DNA of 32,000 bases, from the NCBI GenBank assembly GCA_942493095.1, contig OW818675.1, positions 2,610,001 to 2,642,000 on the forward strand. Reading direction: 5' to 3'. Positions 1 to 8,656 of the stretch are shown here, in pieces. Origin of the DNA: Candidatus Electronema halotolerans (GTDB lineage: Bacteria; Desulfobacterota; Desulfobulbia; Desulfobulbales; Desulfobulbaceae). Each line of letters starts with the position of its first letter. Position 1 is the first letter of the stretch. The notes under the pieces are model-generated. The model had not been told where the DNA came from. It searched no databases and saw only the letters and a program-made list of their open reading frames with translations. The translations under genes and the position numbers were made by a program.

Positions 1-463
1 CGCCGTTGATCAGCATGTCAAAACGGGTCTTAACTTTGCTGATCAGTTTGTCCGCCTTCCACGCATCAACGGCCTGCTTGTGTTCCTGCGCGATCTCCCG
101 CCGCAACTTGCCTGCGACAGCTTTGCGCTGTTGAACCTGCACGGAATGCTTTTTCAACTCTGTGCTGATTGATGGCGTGTCAAAGACAACAATCCATTGC
201 GCTTCCTTGTCAGAATCAAGCACAGCCAGCGTTTGACCGTCGCCAGTGTCTGCAACGACTCCTTCAAATTCGCCTTCCGCCCAGTTCCGGTCTTGGGCTT
301 TATCCGCCATCACGGTAATATTCTGCTCTTCTCCCGCCGCTCCTGTCTTGCTGACGACCATTGCCGTCTCATCAGTCTGCGCCGCCGACATCCTGCCTGC
401 CGACAGGAGCAGCACCAGCACGGCTGGCACCATCCATCTGTGTTTCAAGCCTTGGTCTCTCAC
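1..463 (-). CDS. Secreted/periplasmic hypothetical protein, truncated by the window edge; N-terminus VRDQGLKHRWMVPAVLVLLLSAGRMSAAQTDETAMVV...
   Basis: Manual reverse-strand translation is open for 154 codons from a GTG at 463. AGGAGG lies just upstream. The N-terminus is signal-peptide-like. Not in the supplied ORF track, probably because it has a GTG start and is truncated. Confidence 0.75.
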   Translation of the reverse strand, partial: MRDQGLKHRWMVPAVLVLLLSAGRMSAAQTDETAMVVSKTGAAGEEQNITVMADKAQDRNWAEGEFEGVVADTGDGQTLAVLDSDKEAQWIVVFDTPSISTELKKHSVQVQQRKAVAGKLRREIAQEHKQAVDAWKADKLISKVKTRFDMLING

Positions 464-488
464 GACATCCTCCTTTTGATGATTTTTG

Positions 489-522
489 AAAAAAAACAGG
501 CGGAGTCATTTCCTCTGCCTGT
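489..522 (-). terminator. Intrinsic terminator or attenuator upstream of the GTG at 463
   Basis: Reverse strand ACAGGC-A-GAG-GAAATGA-CTC-C-GCCTGT followed by TTTTTTTT. Confidence 0.7.
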
Positions 523-1076
523 CCGTTGCTCCTTCAGTTAATCTCCTTTGGCAAGCTGTCCCTTGCAGACATCCAACAATCTCTGCGCAACAGCAAAATG
601 TCTGGAGGCTTTGCACTGACACTCCATGAAAGCACCTCATGAAAAACAAATTTCCGGTGAGTGTGAAACACTTTCGCTTGAAAATATTCACCAGTTTTTT
701 GACAATAGAAATCATTTTGCCTACAAGAGCATTCTCTTGCTAAACATTAAGAAAGACTATCTTGGTCTTGGCAGCATTCCGCTATATTTTTACAGAAAAA
801 TCTATTGCCAGCTAAATGTCGATCTGTTCCGATCAGCAGGTTTTTTGATAGAATAATGATGAGGACTTGCTCAGAAGAAAGAAGCCCTCACCAAGATGAA
901 GAAGGTGTTTACTTATTACTCAGCAAGAAACGTGCCATTTTGAATGAAATAATTCTTGACAAAAGATTGGAAATTTGCAATGAGGATATACCCTGTCAAA
1001 TTCAGGCAATAAGCATAAAATAACTAATAATAATTATTACCAATAATATCTTGAAACAGAAAGCGTGCCCTCCAAG

Positions 1077-1111
1077 TGACAAAAAATGTCACCCGCTGAC
1101 AAAAAGCGTCA
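1077..1111. promoter_or_regulatory. Phased TGACA/TGTCA half-site array upstream of tkt
   Basis: TGACA at 1077, TGTCA at 1087, TGACA at 1097, CGTCA at 1107: 10-bp spacing with alternating orientation. Confidence 0.4.
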
Positions 1112-1239
1112 CCTGTCCTCCTGCGCTTTCCTGTTGTCTTTCCGTCGCAATCTTTTTATAACCATCTGCACAATCAGCGAACCAGCGGGCAGAACAGCCT
1201 GCCCGGCCTCTTTTTTTCCTTTTTCAATGGAGTTAAACA

Positions 1240-3177
1240 ATGCCTCTGAAGTTCGACCTATCCGCCTCTGACCTCAGTGCGGCGGAGCTGACCACCCTCA
1301 AGGAAATGCGCAGCCGCTGCGCCCGCCGCATCCTGCTTTCAACCAGCCTTGCTGCTTCCGGTCATCCGGGCGGCTCGCTGTCTTCGTTAGACATGCTGCT
1401 GGTGGCTTACGGCATCCTGCGGCATGATCCGAAGAATCCCCGTCTGCCGGAGCGCGACCGCCTTGTAGCCTCTATCGGCCATATTTCGCCAGGCGTGTAT
1501 AGCGTGCTGGCGGAGAACGGCTATTTCAGCGAGGACGACTTTCTTGCAGGCTTCCGGCGTACTGGCTCTGGCTTCCCTGGCCATATTGAGTCCATCGTGC
1601 CGGGTGTGGAGTGGGACACCGGCAATCTTGGCCAAGGGCTGTCCGCTGCCGTGGGCATGGCCCATGCCTTCAAGCTCAAGGGGATGAATAACCGGGTCTT
1701 CTGTCTGATGGGCGACGGCGAGCAGCAGAAAGGCCAGATCACTGAGGCCATCCGCCACGCGGTCAAGTACAAGCTCGACAACCTCACTGTGCTGATCGAC
1801 CGCAACAAGCTGCAAATCTGCGGCAGCACTGAGGACATCATGCCCCAGTGCATGCAGAAGCTCTACGGCGGCTTGGGCTTCAACACGGTTAAGCTGGAGA
1901 ACGGCCACGACTGCAACGCCCTGTACAAGGCCATGCGCGATGCCTACCGCAATATCAGCGGCGTGCCGACCGTGCTCATCGCTCACACCGTCATGGGCAA
2001 GGGAGTTTCCTTTATGGAGAACAAGGCCAAATATCATGGCTCGCCTCTGCCGCCGGACGATCTGGCCAAGGCCCTTGCCGAGCTGGGTGTGGAGAACGAT
2101 TTTGCCCACTGGCAGGCGCGGCGCAAGGAGCCGGTCAGCAGCAAGACCATTATGCCGCCTCGCGCTGACTACCCGCAGGTGCAGGCAGGCGAAGCAATTG
2201 TCTATCCTGCTGACAAGATGACCGATTGCCGTTCAGCCTATGGCAATGCTTTGCAGAGTCTGGCGGAAGCAAACAACCAAGCTGGCCAAGCCCCTAAGAT
2301 CGTCGGCATCTCCTGCGACTTGGAAGGCTCGGTCAAGATGGGCGGCTTTCACAAGCATTCGCCGCAAGCATACTTGGAGTTGGGCATTCAGGAGCACCAT
2401 GCCGCAGGCACTGCCGGGGCCATGAGCTGCGAGAATCTCGTCACCTTTTTCTCCACCTTCGGCTCCTTTGCGGTGTCCGAAGTCTATAACCAGAACCGGC
2501 TCAACGACTTCAACCACACGAGCGTGAAAGTGGTTGCCACCCACGTTGGCTTGGATGTGGGCGAGGACGGCCCGACCCATCAGTGCATTGATTATCTCGG
2601 CCTGATGAAGCACTACTTCCGCTTCTCGGTCTTCATGCCTGCGGATCCCAACCAGACTGACCGCATCATACGGCACATAGCGGTGCAGCCAGGCAACTGC
2701 TTTGTCGGCATGGGCCGCTCTAAAACGCCGACCATCACCAAAGAGGACGGCAGTATTTTTTATGATGCGGACTACGTGTTCCGGCCCGGCAAGGCGGACT
2801 GGCTGCGGCAGGGCGCAGAGGCGACGATCATCACGTATGGCGCGCTCACGCCTGCCTGCATCAAGGCTTGGGAATTGCTGAAAGAGGCGGGCAAGTCAGT
2901 TGCCGTGCTCAACATGGCCTCCCTGCTGCCGCTGGATACGGAAGCGGTGCTGGAAGCTGCCAAGACCGGAGTCATTGTCACGGCTGAGGATCATCATGCG
3001 GAAACTGGCTTAGGCGCGTCCGTGGCTACGACTTTGCTTGATCACGGCCTTGCGCCCAAGCTGAAGCGGCTTGGCGTGCGGCAGTACGGCGGTTCAGGCA
3101 AGCCTGCGGAGCTGTACCAGCAGCAGGGTTTGGATGCGGAGTCCATTGCCAAGGCTGTGCTGGAGCTGCTTGGCTGA
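1240..3177 (+). CDS. tkt: Transketolase
   Basis: 645 aa ORF. TPP-binding region (GDGEQQKGQITEA) and C-terminal pyrimidine-binding/transketolase domain are recognisable. Confidence 0.95.
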   Translation: MPLKFDLSASDLSAAELTTLKEMRSRCARRILLSTSLAASGHPGGSLSSLDMLLVAYGILRHDPKNPRLPERDRLVASIGHISPGVYSVLAENGYFSEDDFLAGFRRTGSGFPGHIESIVPGVEWDTGNLGQGLSAAVGMAHAFKLKGMNNRVFCLMGDGEQQKGQITEAIRHAVKYKLDNLTVLIDRNKLQICGSTEDIMPQCMQKLYGGLGFNTVKLENGHDCNALYKAMRDAYRNISGVPTVLIAHTVMGKGVSFMENKAKYHGSPLPPDDLAKALAELGVENDFAHWQARRKEPVSSKTIMPPRADYPQVQAGEAIVYPADKMTDCRSAYGNALQSLAEANNQAGQAPKIVGISCDLEGSVKMGGFHKHSPQAYLELGIQEHHAAGTAGAMSCENLVTFFSTFGSFAVSEVYNQNRLNDFNHTSVKVVATHVGLDVGEDGPTHQCIDYLGLMKHYFRFSVFMPADPNQTDRIIRHIAVQPGNCFVGMGRSKTPTITKEDGSIFYDADYVFRPGKADWLRQGAEATIITYGALTPACIKAWELLKEAGKSVAVLNMASLLPLDTEAVLEAAKTGVIVTAEDHHAETGLGASVATTLLDHGLAPKLKRLGVRQYGGSGKPAELYQQQGLDAESIAKAVLELLG

Positions 3178-3189
3178 GAAAGGCGGATT

Positions 3190-3215
3190 GAGCATCGCTG
3201 TATCGGGCGATGCTC
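3190..3215 (+). other. Hairpin just after the tkt stop
   Basis: GAGCATCGC...GCGATGCTC perfect 9-bp stem with 8-nt loop. Confidence 0.5.
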
Positions 3216-3226
3216 ATAGAAAACAC

Positions 3227-3322
3227 CGCTCGGTGTTTACTCCAAACACCGAGCGTACTTTTACCTAAACAACGCTCGGTGTTTTTTAAAACTACGGGCG
3301 GTATTTTTTAAAACACCGCTCG
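3227..3322. repeat. Cluster of four CGCTCGGTGTTT-like arms in both orientations
   Basis: 3227-3238 CGCTCGGTGTTT; 3244-3255 AAACACCGAGCG; 3273-3284 CGCTCGGTGTTT; 3311-3322 AAACACCGCTCG. Confidence 0.75.
3244..3287 (+). terminator. Intrinsic terminator downstream of tkt
   Basis: AAACACCGAGCG (3244-3255) pairs with CGCTCGGTGTTT (3273-3284), followed by further T residues. Confidence 0.7.
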
Positions 3323-3427
3323 TTGATTTTTTGCCGCATCGGGTGAATAATGTGGAACTGCACGGTCACGGCCCGCTGCGCCCTGACGGGTTGCGGTAAA
3401 ACGCATCACATTGGTATAACAGAACTT

Positions 3428-3457
3428 TGTAGGGGCGAAAAATTTTTCGCCCCTACA
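3428..3457. repeat. Palindromic repeat element, copy 1
   Basis: TGTAGGGGCGAAAAATTTTTCGCCCCTACA is a perfect 30-bp palindrome. The core recurs at 31829-31856 and, with a different centre, at 29295-29322. Confidence 0.9.
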
Positions 3458-3491
3458 GGTTGCGGCAAGAACAGGCATGGAGGAACAGGCG

Positions 3492-4433
3492 ATGAGCAAA
3501 AAAGAAGCATTGCGGCTGATTAAAGAGGCTGCGGAGATAGGGGCAACGGAGCTTGGACTGCATCTGCAAGGATTGTTCGAGGTACCGGAAGAGGTCTTTC
3601 AATTAAAGCGTCTTATTAGACTTGGGGTTGGTGGCAATCATCTTGCCTCATTGCCAAGTGAAATTGCACAGCTAAACAATCTTGAGACGCTCTGGCTTGA
3701 CAGTAACCAGTTCGCAAGGAAGGGCATTGCTCTTCCTTTTTTACAGAAAGGTGAGTTTATGGCAAATTTCCTCAACACCAGCAAAATCAATTTCCTGCTG
3801 GAAGAGCTGATTCAGACTGCCAAAGAGGAACTGATCCTGATCAGCCCTTATCTCAAATTCAATGACCGAATGCGGGAGCTACTGCGTGACAAAGGCGGGC
3901 AAGGCTTGGAAATCAATATCGTCTATGGCAAGCAGAATATGAATGCCAATGAAGCTAAGTGGTTGGCCGAACAGCAGCATATCAAAACTCGCTTCTGCAA
4001 AAACTTGCATGCCAAATGTTATCTGAATGAGAATCACTGTATCATTACCAGTATGAATCTCTATGATTTCAGTCAAGTAAATAACAACGAAATGGGCGTG
4101 ACCTTTGCAAGGACGCAGGACAAGCTGCTCTACAGTCAAGCCTATGAGGAAGTGCAGCGGCTGCTCCGCATCAGCGGGAAAAGCACTGAGGTCGGCCCGC
4201 CACAGCAGCAATACAGCAAGTTGACCACTGCCAAGCTGGCCGAGCAGTACGGCAAGTCAAGCAACGAAATGTTTGGCCTGCTGCTGAAGCATGGCTATTT
4301 GGAAATGATCAAGGGCAGCTACGAGCTGACAGAGAAAGGCCGAACAGAGGCTGGCGGCGAGAAAAGGAACGGCAGATATGGCACATATTTCCTTTGGAAG
4401 AAGCCGAAGCCAAAAGAAAAGCCGCAAGGTTGA
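3492..4433 (+). CDS. Leucine-rich-repeat + phospholipase D-like (single HxK) protein with C-terminal winged-helix-like region
   Basis: ORF 3477-4433. The ATG at 3492 has a better-spaced GGAGG. LRR-like LIRLGVGGNHLASLPSEIAQLNNLETLWLDSNQF; PLD-like LHAKCYLNENHCIITSMNLYDFSQVNNNEMG; C-terminus ELTEKGRTEAGGEKRNGRYGTYFLW. Confidence 0.7.
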   Translation: MSKKEALRLIKEAAEIGATELGLHLQGLFEVPEEVFQLKRLIRLGVGGNHLASLPSEIAQLNNLETLWLDSNQFARKGIALPFLQKGEFMANFLNTSKINFLLEELIQTAKEELILISPYLKFNDRMRELLRDKGGQGLEINIVYGKQNMNANEAKWLAEQQHIKTRFCKNLHAKCYLNENHCIITSMNLYDFSQVNNNEMGVTFARTQDKLLYSQAYEEVQRLLRISGKSTEVGPPQQQYSKLTTAKLAEQYGKSSNEMFGLLLKHGYLEMIKGSYELTEKGRTEAGGEKRNGRYGTYFLWKKPKPKEKPQG

Positions 4434-4446
4434 CGGCAAAATTATT

Positions 4447-4480
4447 GTGGCTTCAGCTTGCAAGCGCAATGCGAAGCCAC
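4447..4480. terminator. Possible bidirectional terminator between convergent genes
   Basis: GTGGCTTC...GAAGCCAC perfect 8-bp stem, with a T-rich tract on the + side, between the 4433 stop (+) and the 4519 stop (-). Confidence 0.4.
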
Positions 4481-4518
4481 CACGTTTTGTTTATTTGAAA
4501 ATCGCTGCGGATGCCTGC

Positions 4519-5394
4519 TCACCAGTGCGGCTGATTGCCGATCCGGTAATTCATCACTTCCAAGGTGTTGCTGATCACCACAAAGGCATTTGGGTCAATG
4601 CTGCGGACAATGCGCTTCAGCGGACCGATTTCCCTGAAGGCAATGACTGCATAGAGGATATGCTCATCACTGCGTTTGTATCCCCCTTCCCCTTTGACAA
4701 TCGTCACGCCGCGCCGGATGTCCTTGAGAATTTCTTGGGAGATTTTTTCCCATTCACGGGAGATGATGACAACAGATTTTCGTTGACTGAGGCCAGTCAC
4801 CACAATATCCATCATCTTTGAGCTGACAAAAACGACAATGATGGTGTAGAGCAGGGCTTCGAGGGAGTAAAATACTGAAATAAGCAGAAGGACAATGCAG
4901 TTAAGCGTCAGGATGGTGCTGCCAATGCTGATGGAGAATCGTTTCAGCAGCATGACAGAAAGGATATCCATGCCGCCCTGCGAACCTGAAGTGCGCAGGC
5001 AGAGACCTGCGCCCGCGCCCTGAAGCACCCCGGCGAGCAAGGCATTAAGCATCTTGTCTTCAATGTTGAAATGGACGAATTTGACAAAAAGCAGGGAAAA
5101 GGTCAAGGTCAAGGTGCCAAGGATGCTGAAAAAGAAAAATCTCCGGCCCACTGACATCCATGCCATGACAAAGAGCGGAATATTGAAGAGAAAATAGATC
5201 AATCCCACGTCAAAGGCCGGGATGATTTTATGAATGATCAGAGCAATTCCGGTGACTCCGCCAGTAAGAAAATTTTGTGGAATCAGGATGCTGTTGGTGG
5301 CGATGGCGCAAAGGGAGCTGCCCATACAGAGCAGGACAACATCGCTGAACAACTGCTGCGGGGAAAGAATAATCGCCTGCGGTTTGGTGTTCAT
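4519..5394 (-). CDS. YitT-family membrane protein (DUF161/DUF2179)
   Basis: 291 aa with several hydrophobic helices (NFLTGGVTGIALIIHK, SGSQGGMDILSV) and a DUF2179-like C-terminus. Confidence 0.85.
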   Translation of the reverse strand: MNTKPQAIILSPQQLFSDVVLLCMGSSLCAIATNSILIPQNFLTGGVTGIALIIHKIIPAFDVGLIYFLFNIPLFVMAWMSVGRRFFFFSILGTLTLTFSLLFVKFVHFNIEDKMLNALLAGVLQGAGAGLCLRTSGSQGGMDILSVMLLKRFSISIGSTILTLNCIVLLLISVFYSLEALLYTIIVVFVSSKMMDIVVTGLSQRKSVVIISREWEKISQEILKDIRRGVTIVKGEGGYKRSDEHILYAVIAFREIGPLKRIVRSIDPNAFVVISNTLEVMNYRIGNQPHW

Positions 5395-5437
5395 AACTGA
5401 TCAGAATGCTGTTCTATTTTCCTGCCAAGACAGGCGA

Positions 5438-5707
5438 TCATGCCGAATCAGCAGTTTGTTTTCCCTGCTGATCCGAGTCCTCGTCGTCCTCATCAGCAGA
5501 AGCCGTGCCGCCGGCCTGCTTCACCAAGGCTTTTTTAATCTTTTTTGCCAAACGCTCATCGTTGAGCAGGGCCTGCATCAGCTTGTCGTCCATATAGGTC
5601 TGATTCTGCGACTGCGAGAACTGGCGCAGCTTCCAGACTAACCAGAGCAGCGACAGAATCAGCAAGGCTATCAGAGCAAAAAAAATAATCCACATCAGAC
5701 CGGCCAT
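5438..5707 (-). CDS. Small single-span membrane protein, hypothetical
   Basis: 89 aa ORF with an N-terminal TM helix and an acidic C-terminus. Confidence 0.5.
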   Translation of the reverse strand: MAGLMWIIFFALIALLILSLLWLVWKLRQFSQSQNQTYMDDKLMQALLNDERLAKKIKKALVKQAGGTASADEDDEDSDQQGKQTADSA

Positions 5708-5743
5708 TCATCCATTCTCCAAGATTAGGTTTCAGCAGATATG

Positions 5744-5779
5744 AAAAAAACCCGCTCACCGTTGACCGATGGCGGGCTT
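5744..5779 (-). terminator. Terminator after tmRNA
   Basis: Reverse strand AGCCCGCCATCG-GTCAA-CGGTGAGCGGG followed by a T run. Confidence 0.7.
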
Positions 5780-5783
5780 GTTC

Positions 5784-6140
5784 TGGTGGAGGTGCCGGGA
5801 GTTGAACCCGGGTCCGAAAATACTCCCCTCCCGTCTCTACATGCTTAGTTCCGGGTTACATCCCGCATTCAGCTCTCACCCGAAACAGAGATTGCTGAAC
5901 GCCCTCCTGCTTTATCTCGCTGTCAGGCCACAGGCCTTCCTGACAGCCAGCCTGAAGAGTCGACGCTTTACTCCGGCCTTACAGGCAGGGGCCGGGAAAG
6001 CGGCACAGCAGCTTACGCTGCCAGTGCGTAATTATAATCGTCTGCGATTATATTTAAGATTCCGTCTTTTTTACGAGCTGACAGAAGGCTCGGCATGCCA
6101 CGGTGAGCTTACATATCCCCGTCGAATCCGTTTCACCCCC
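5784..6140 (-). ncRNA. ssrA: tmRNA; encoded tag ADDYNYALAA
   Basis: 5' end GGGGGTGAAACGGATTCGACGGGGA; 3' end GGTTCAACTCCCGGCACCTCCACCA. Tag reading frame GCAGACGATTATAATTACGCACTGGCAGCGTAA at 6045-6013. Confidence 0.96.
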
Positions 6141-6152
6141 AGTATTTTTTCC

Positions 6153-6602
6153 TTATTCACTGCGCCGCAGCGTCCGCTGCATTTCGCGCTCAGATTGCTT
6201 TTCCTTCAAGGCAGCCCGCTTGTCAAACAGCTTCTTGCCCCGGGCAAGGCCAATCTCCACTTTGGCCTTGCCGTTACCTATAAAATATATCTTCAGCGGA
6301 ATAAGCGCAACCCCTTTTTCATTCAGCTTGCCAATCAGCTTGCGGATTTCCTGCCGCTTCAGGAGCAGCTTGCGCACCCGCAGCGGGTCCGTCGGGGCAT
6401 TCGTGGTGAACGAATACGGTGAGATATGAATATTGTACAGATACACCTCGCCGTTTTTCACATTGGCATAGCCGTCTTTGAGATTGGCCCTGCCTGCCCG
6501 CAGGGATTTGACTTCCGGCCCTTTGAGGACTATGCCTGCCTCCATTGTTTTGTCAATATGATACTCATGGAAGGCTTTTTTGTTTTTGCAGACGATCTTC
6601 AT
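6153..6602 (-). CDS. smpB: SsrA-binding protein SmpB
   Basis: 149 aa; [37 protein letters not shown]...; adjacent to ssrA. Confidence 0.97.
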   Translation of the reverse strand: MKIVCKNKKAFHEYHIDKTMEAGIVLKGPEVKSLRAGRANLKDGYANVKNGEVYLYNIHISPYSFTTNAPTDPLRVRKLLLKRQEIRKLIGKLNEKGVALIPLKIYFIGNGKAKVEIGLARGKKLFDKRAALKEKQSEREMQRTLRRSE

Positions 6603-6614
6603 GCCTGTTTTCGC

Positions 6615-7664
6615 TCACGGTTTTCCGAATGCTTCGGCCAGTTCACTTACGGCCATCGCATAAAAATTGGAATGATTGTATTCGGTGATGGTCTGGAAAT
6701 TTGGATAACCTGCCACATAGCGGAACTTATGCCCTGACTGCTGCGGGTTCAGCTCCAGCTCGACAATCGACAGGTCCCGTCCGCCGGGTGACGGCGGAAT
6801 GTCAGCACGCTGCCGGTCCCGGACTGTCCGCCAAGCCACCCGGCCTTTGCGGCCCTTGTTCATCGCCGCAATCAGGCGTTTATCCTTCAGTTCATAGCCA
6901 AGGTCGGCATATATGGGCGTATCAAGCGTCCAGCCGTGCCGCTGAAGATAATGAGCAATCGAAGCCAGCGCGTCAGGAACTGAATTCCAGATATCACACT
7001 GTTTATTGCCATCAAAACTGACCGCATAGGAGCGGAACGAGGAAGGCATGAACTGCGCCTGGCCAAAGGCTCCCGCATAAGAGCCGTTGACTTGGCGGGG
7101 AGCAATGTCATTTTCCTTGCAAAGGGCGAGAAAATGGACGAGTTCCTTGCCAAAGAACTCAGAGCGTCTCGGATAGGCATCAAAAAGGGTGTTCAGGGTT
7201 TTGAAGATATTGAAATCACCCATGTTGGAACCATAGCGGGTTTCCACGGCCCAGATGGCGACAATGATCTCCCGGTCAACCCCGAATTTTTTTTCAATTC
7301 GGTCCAAGAGCTGTTTATGCTCCTTGAGTTTCCTCTTGCCGTTGAGAATGTTCTGCGGCGTGATGAAGAGGGGAAAATACTTGTAATACGGCTTGGCCTC
7401 CCAAGACCGGTCCATCAGCTCCAGCACCCGTTTGGAGATGGTCACGCCCTTGAAGAGCTGGTCCAGCTCCTGCCGACTGAAGCCGTGTTTCCGCTCCAAT
7501 TCCCGAAAAAGCTGCTTGTACTTGGACTGGCTGAGATCAATGACCTGGCCGTCCCGCACCAAATCAGCGGCCTTGGGCTTGGCGGAAGCGGCGGCAGGCA
7601 AGATCAGCAGGGCTGTCAGAAGAATAATGCTGGACAACAAAGAAAAACGAAGCAGTATGCGCAT
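6615..7664 (-). CDS. mltB: Lytic murein transglycosylase (MltB-like)
   Basis: 349 aa, signal peptide, AIWAVETRYGSNMG, SYAGAFGQAQFMPSSF. Confidence 0.88.
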   Translation of the reverse strand: MRILLRFSLLSSIILLTALLILPAAASAKPKAADLVRDGQVIDLSQSKYKQLFRELERKHGFSRQELDQLFKGVTISKRVLELMDRSWEAKPYYKYFPLFITPQNILNGKRKLKEHKQLLDRIEKKFGVDREIIVAIWAVETRYGSNMGDFNIFKTLNTLFDAYPRRSEFFGKELVHFLALCKENDIAPRQVNGSYAGAFGQAQFMPSSFRSYAVSFDGNKQCDIWNSVPDALASIAHYLQRHGWTLDTPIYADLGYELKDKRLIAAMNKGRKGRVAWRTVRDRQRADIPPSPGGRDLSIVELELNPQQSGHKFRYVAGYPNFQTITEYNHSNFYAMAVSELAEAFGKP

Positions 7665-7684
7665 GATTGAAAAGATTGCTTAAC

Positions 7685-8653
7685 TCAGAAGAGTTGCTGT
7701 TTTTTGAACTGCTGACTGAAGGCTTGGATGAACGCATCCAATTGCGCTTCAGGCAGGGCATTGATGCCTGCTGCTGCTGCCCGTCCGCCGCCGCTGGGAA
7801 ACTGGCGGCAAAGCGTGTCTGCGCCGTTCCGATTCAGCAGGGGAGCGCGGACGCTGACCAAGAGCGAGCCGTCCTGGTTCTCAGTCAGCATGGCATGCGC
7901 CAGATCAGGCCGCTCATTGGCCACGGCATTGGCAAAAACCCCGGAAACCCGCCGCGCCCATGACTCAGGCGGCAGACGGAAAATCCGCCCGCTGCTGTCC
8001 TCGTGCAGCGGCGCGGCAGCCTTGGCTTGGTTCATGTCGTCCTGATACCCTTTCCGCAAGGTCTTCAGGGCAGGCGAATCCGCATGAAAGGCCAAGGGGT
8101 CGCTGTATAGCCGCACCTGTCTGTACAGCTCGGCAGGGTGGAAAAACAAGTCTGCCAAGGACGCGCCGTAGCCGTTGTAATTGAGAAGAATGCCAGTCTC
8201 TCGGAGCTGCTCCAGACCGGTCAGGCCCAGCTTTTGGGCTAGCTCACGGGCGGATTCATCCAAGTTGTCGCCATAAGCGCCGACTACGGCCCAAGGCGCA
8301 TATTTGTCCTCCAGCATCCAGTTGATGATCAACGAGGTGCAGAGCTGCGGCTCCGGGTCAATATGAACGGTGAGCTTATCATGATGCGGCACCTCGCCTG
8401 CAAAATGATGATCAACATATAATAACTTGTTGCCTTGGCTGAGAAGCTGCATCAGGCTGTCCCGGTTCTTTTCCAAGGAGATGTCCAGCACCGTGATGCT
8501 GCTGTCCTGCACAGTCTCAAGCTGCTGCAAGAGGCTAATATCCCGTTTCACCCCGCTGATCAGCCGCGCTTCCGGCTGCGGCTCATGCAGGCGGAGCTGA
8601 TGCAGGGCGCAGATGCCGTCCGCATCGCCGTTGAACACATCTATCCACTTCAT
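7685..8653 (-). CDS. DHH/DHHA1-family phosphoesterase
   Basis: FNGDADGICA, LYVDHH, and C-terminal SGGGRAAAAG motifs. Confidence 0.8.
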   Translation of the reverse strand: MKWIDVFNGDADGICALHQLRLHEPQPEARLISGVKRDISLLQQLETVQDSSITVLDISLEKNRDSLMQLLSQGNKLLYVDHHFAGEVPHHDKLTVHIDPEPQLCTSLIINWMLEDKYAPWAVVGAYGDNLDESARELAQKLGLTGLEQLRETGILLNYNGYGASLADLFFHPAELYRQVRLYSDPLAFHADSPALKTLRKGYQDDMNQAKAAAPLHEDSSGRIFRLPPESWARRVSGVFANAVANERPDLAHAMLTENQDGSLLVSVRAPLLNRNGADTLCRQFPSGGGRAAAAGINALPEAQLDAFIQAFSQQFKKQQLF

Positions 8654-8656
8654 AGT

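Noticed and set aside
541-1075. Small ORFs 506-715 (-), 626-856 (+), 805-1023 (+)
   Set aside because: Located in an AT-rich intergenic region, no family resemblance or convincing ribosome site; more likely leader/intergenic DNA.
3428-3457. Palindrome first read as a simple terminator
   Set aside because: Perfect symmetry through the centre, no trailing T run, and near-identical copies elsewhere favour a dispersed repeat.
5784-6140. 217-aa (5769-6422 +) and 108-aa (6103-6429 +) ORFs
   Set aside because: They overlie the tmRNA and antisense smpB; not coding.
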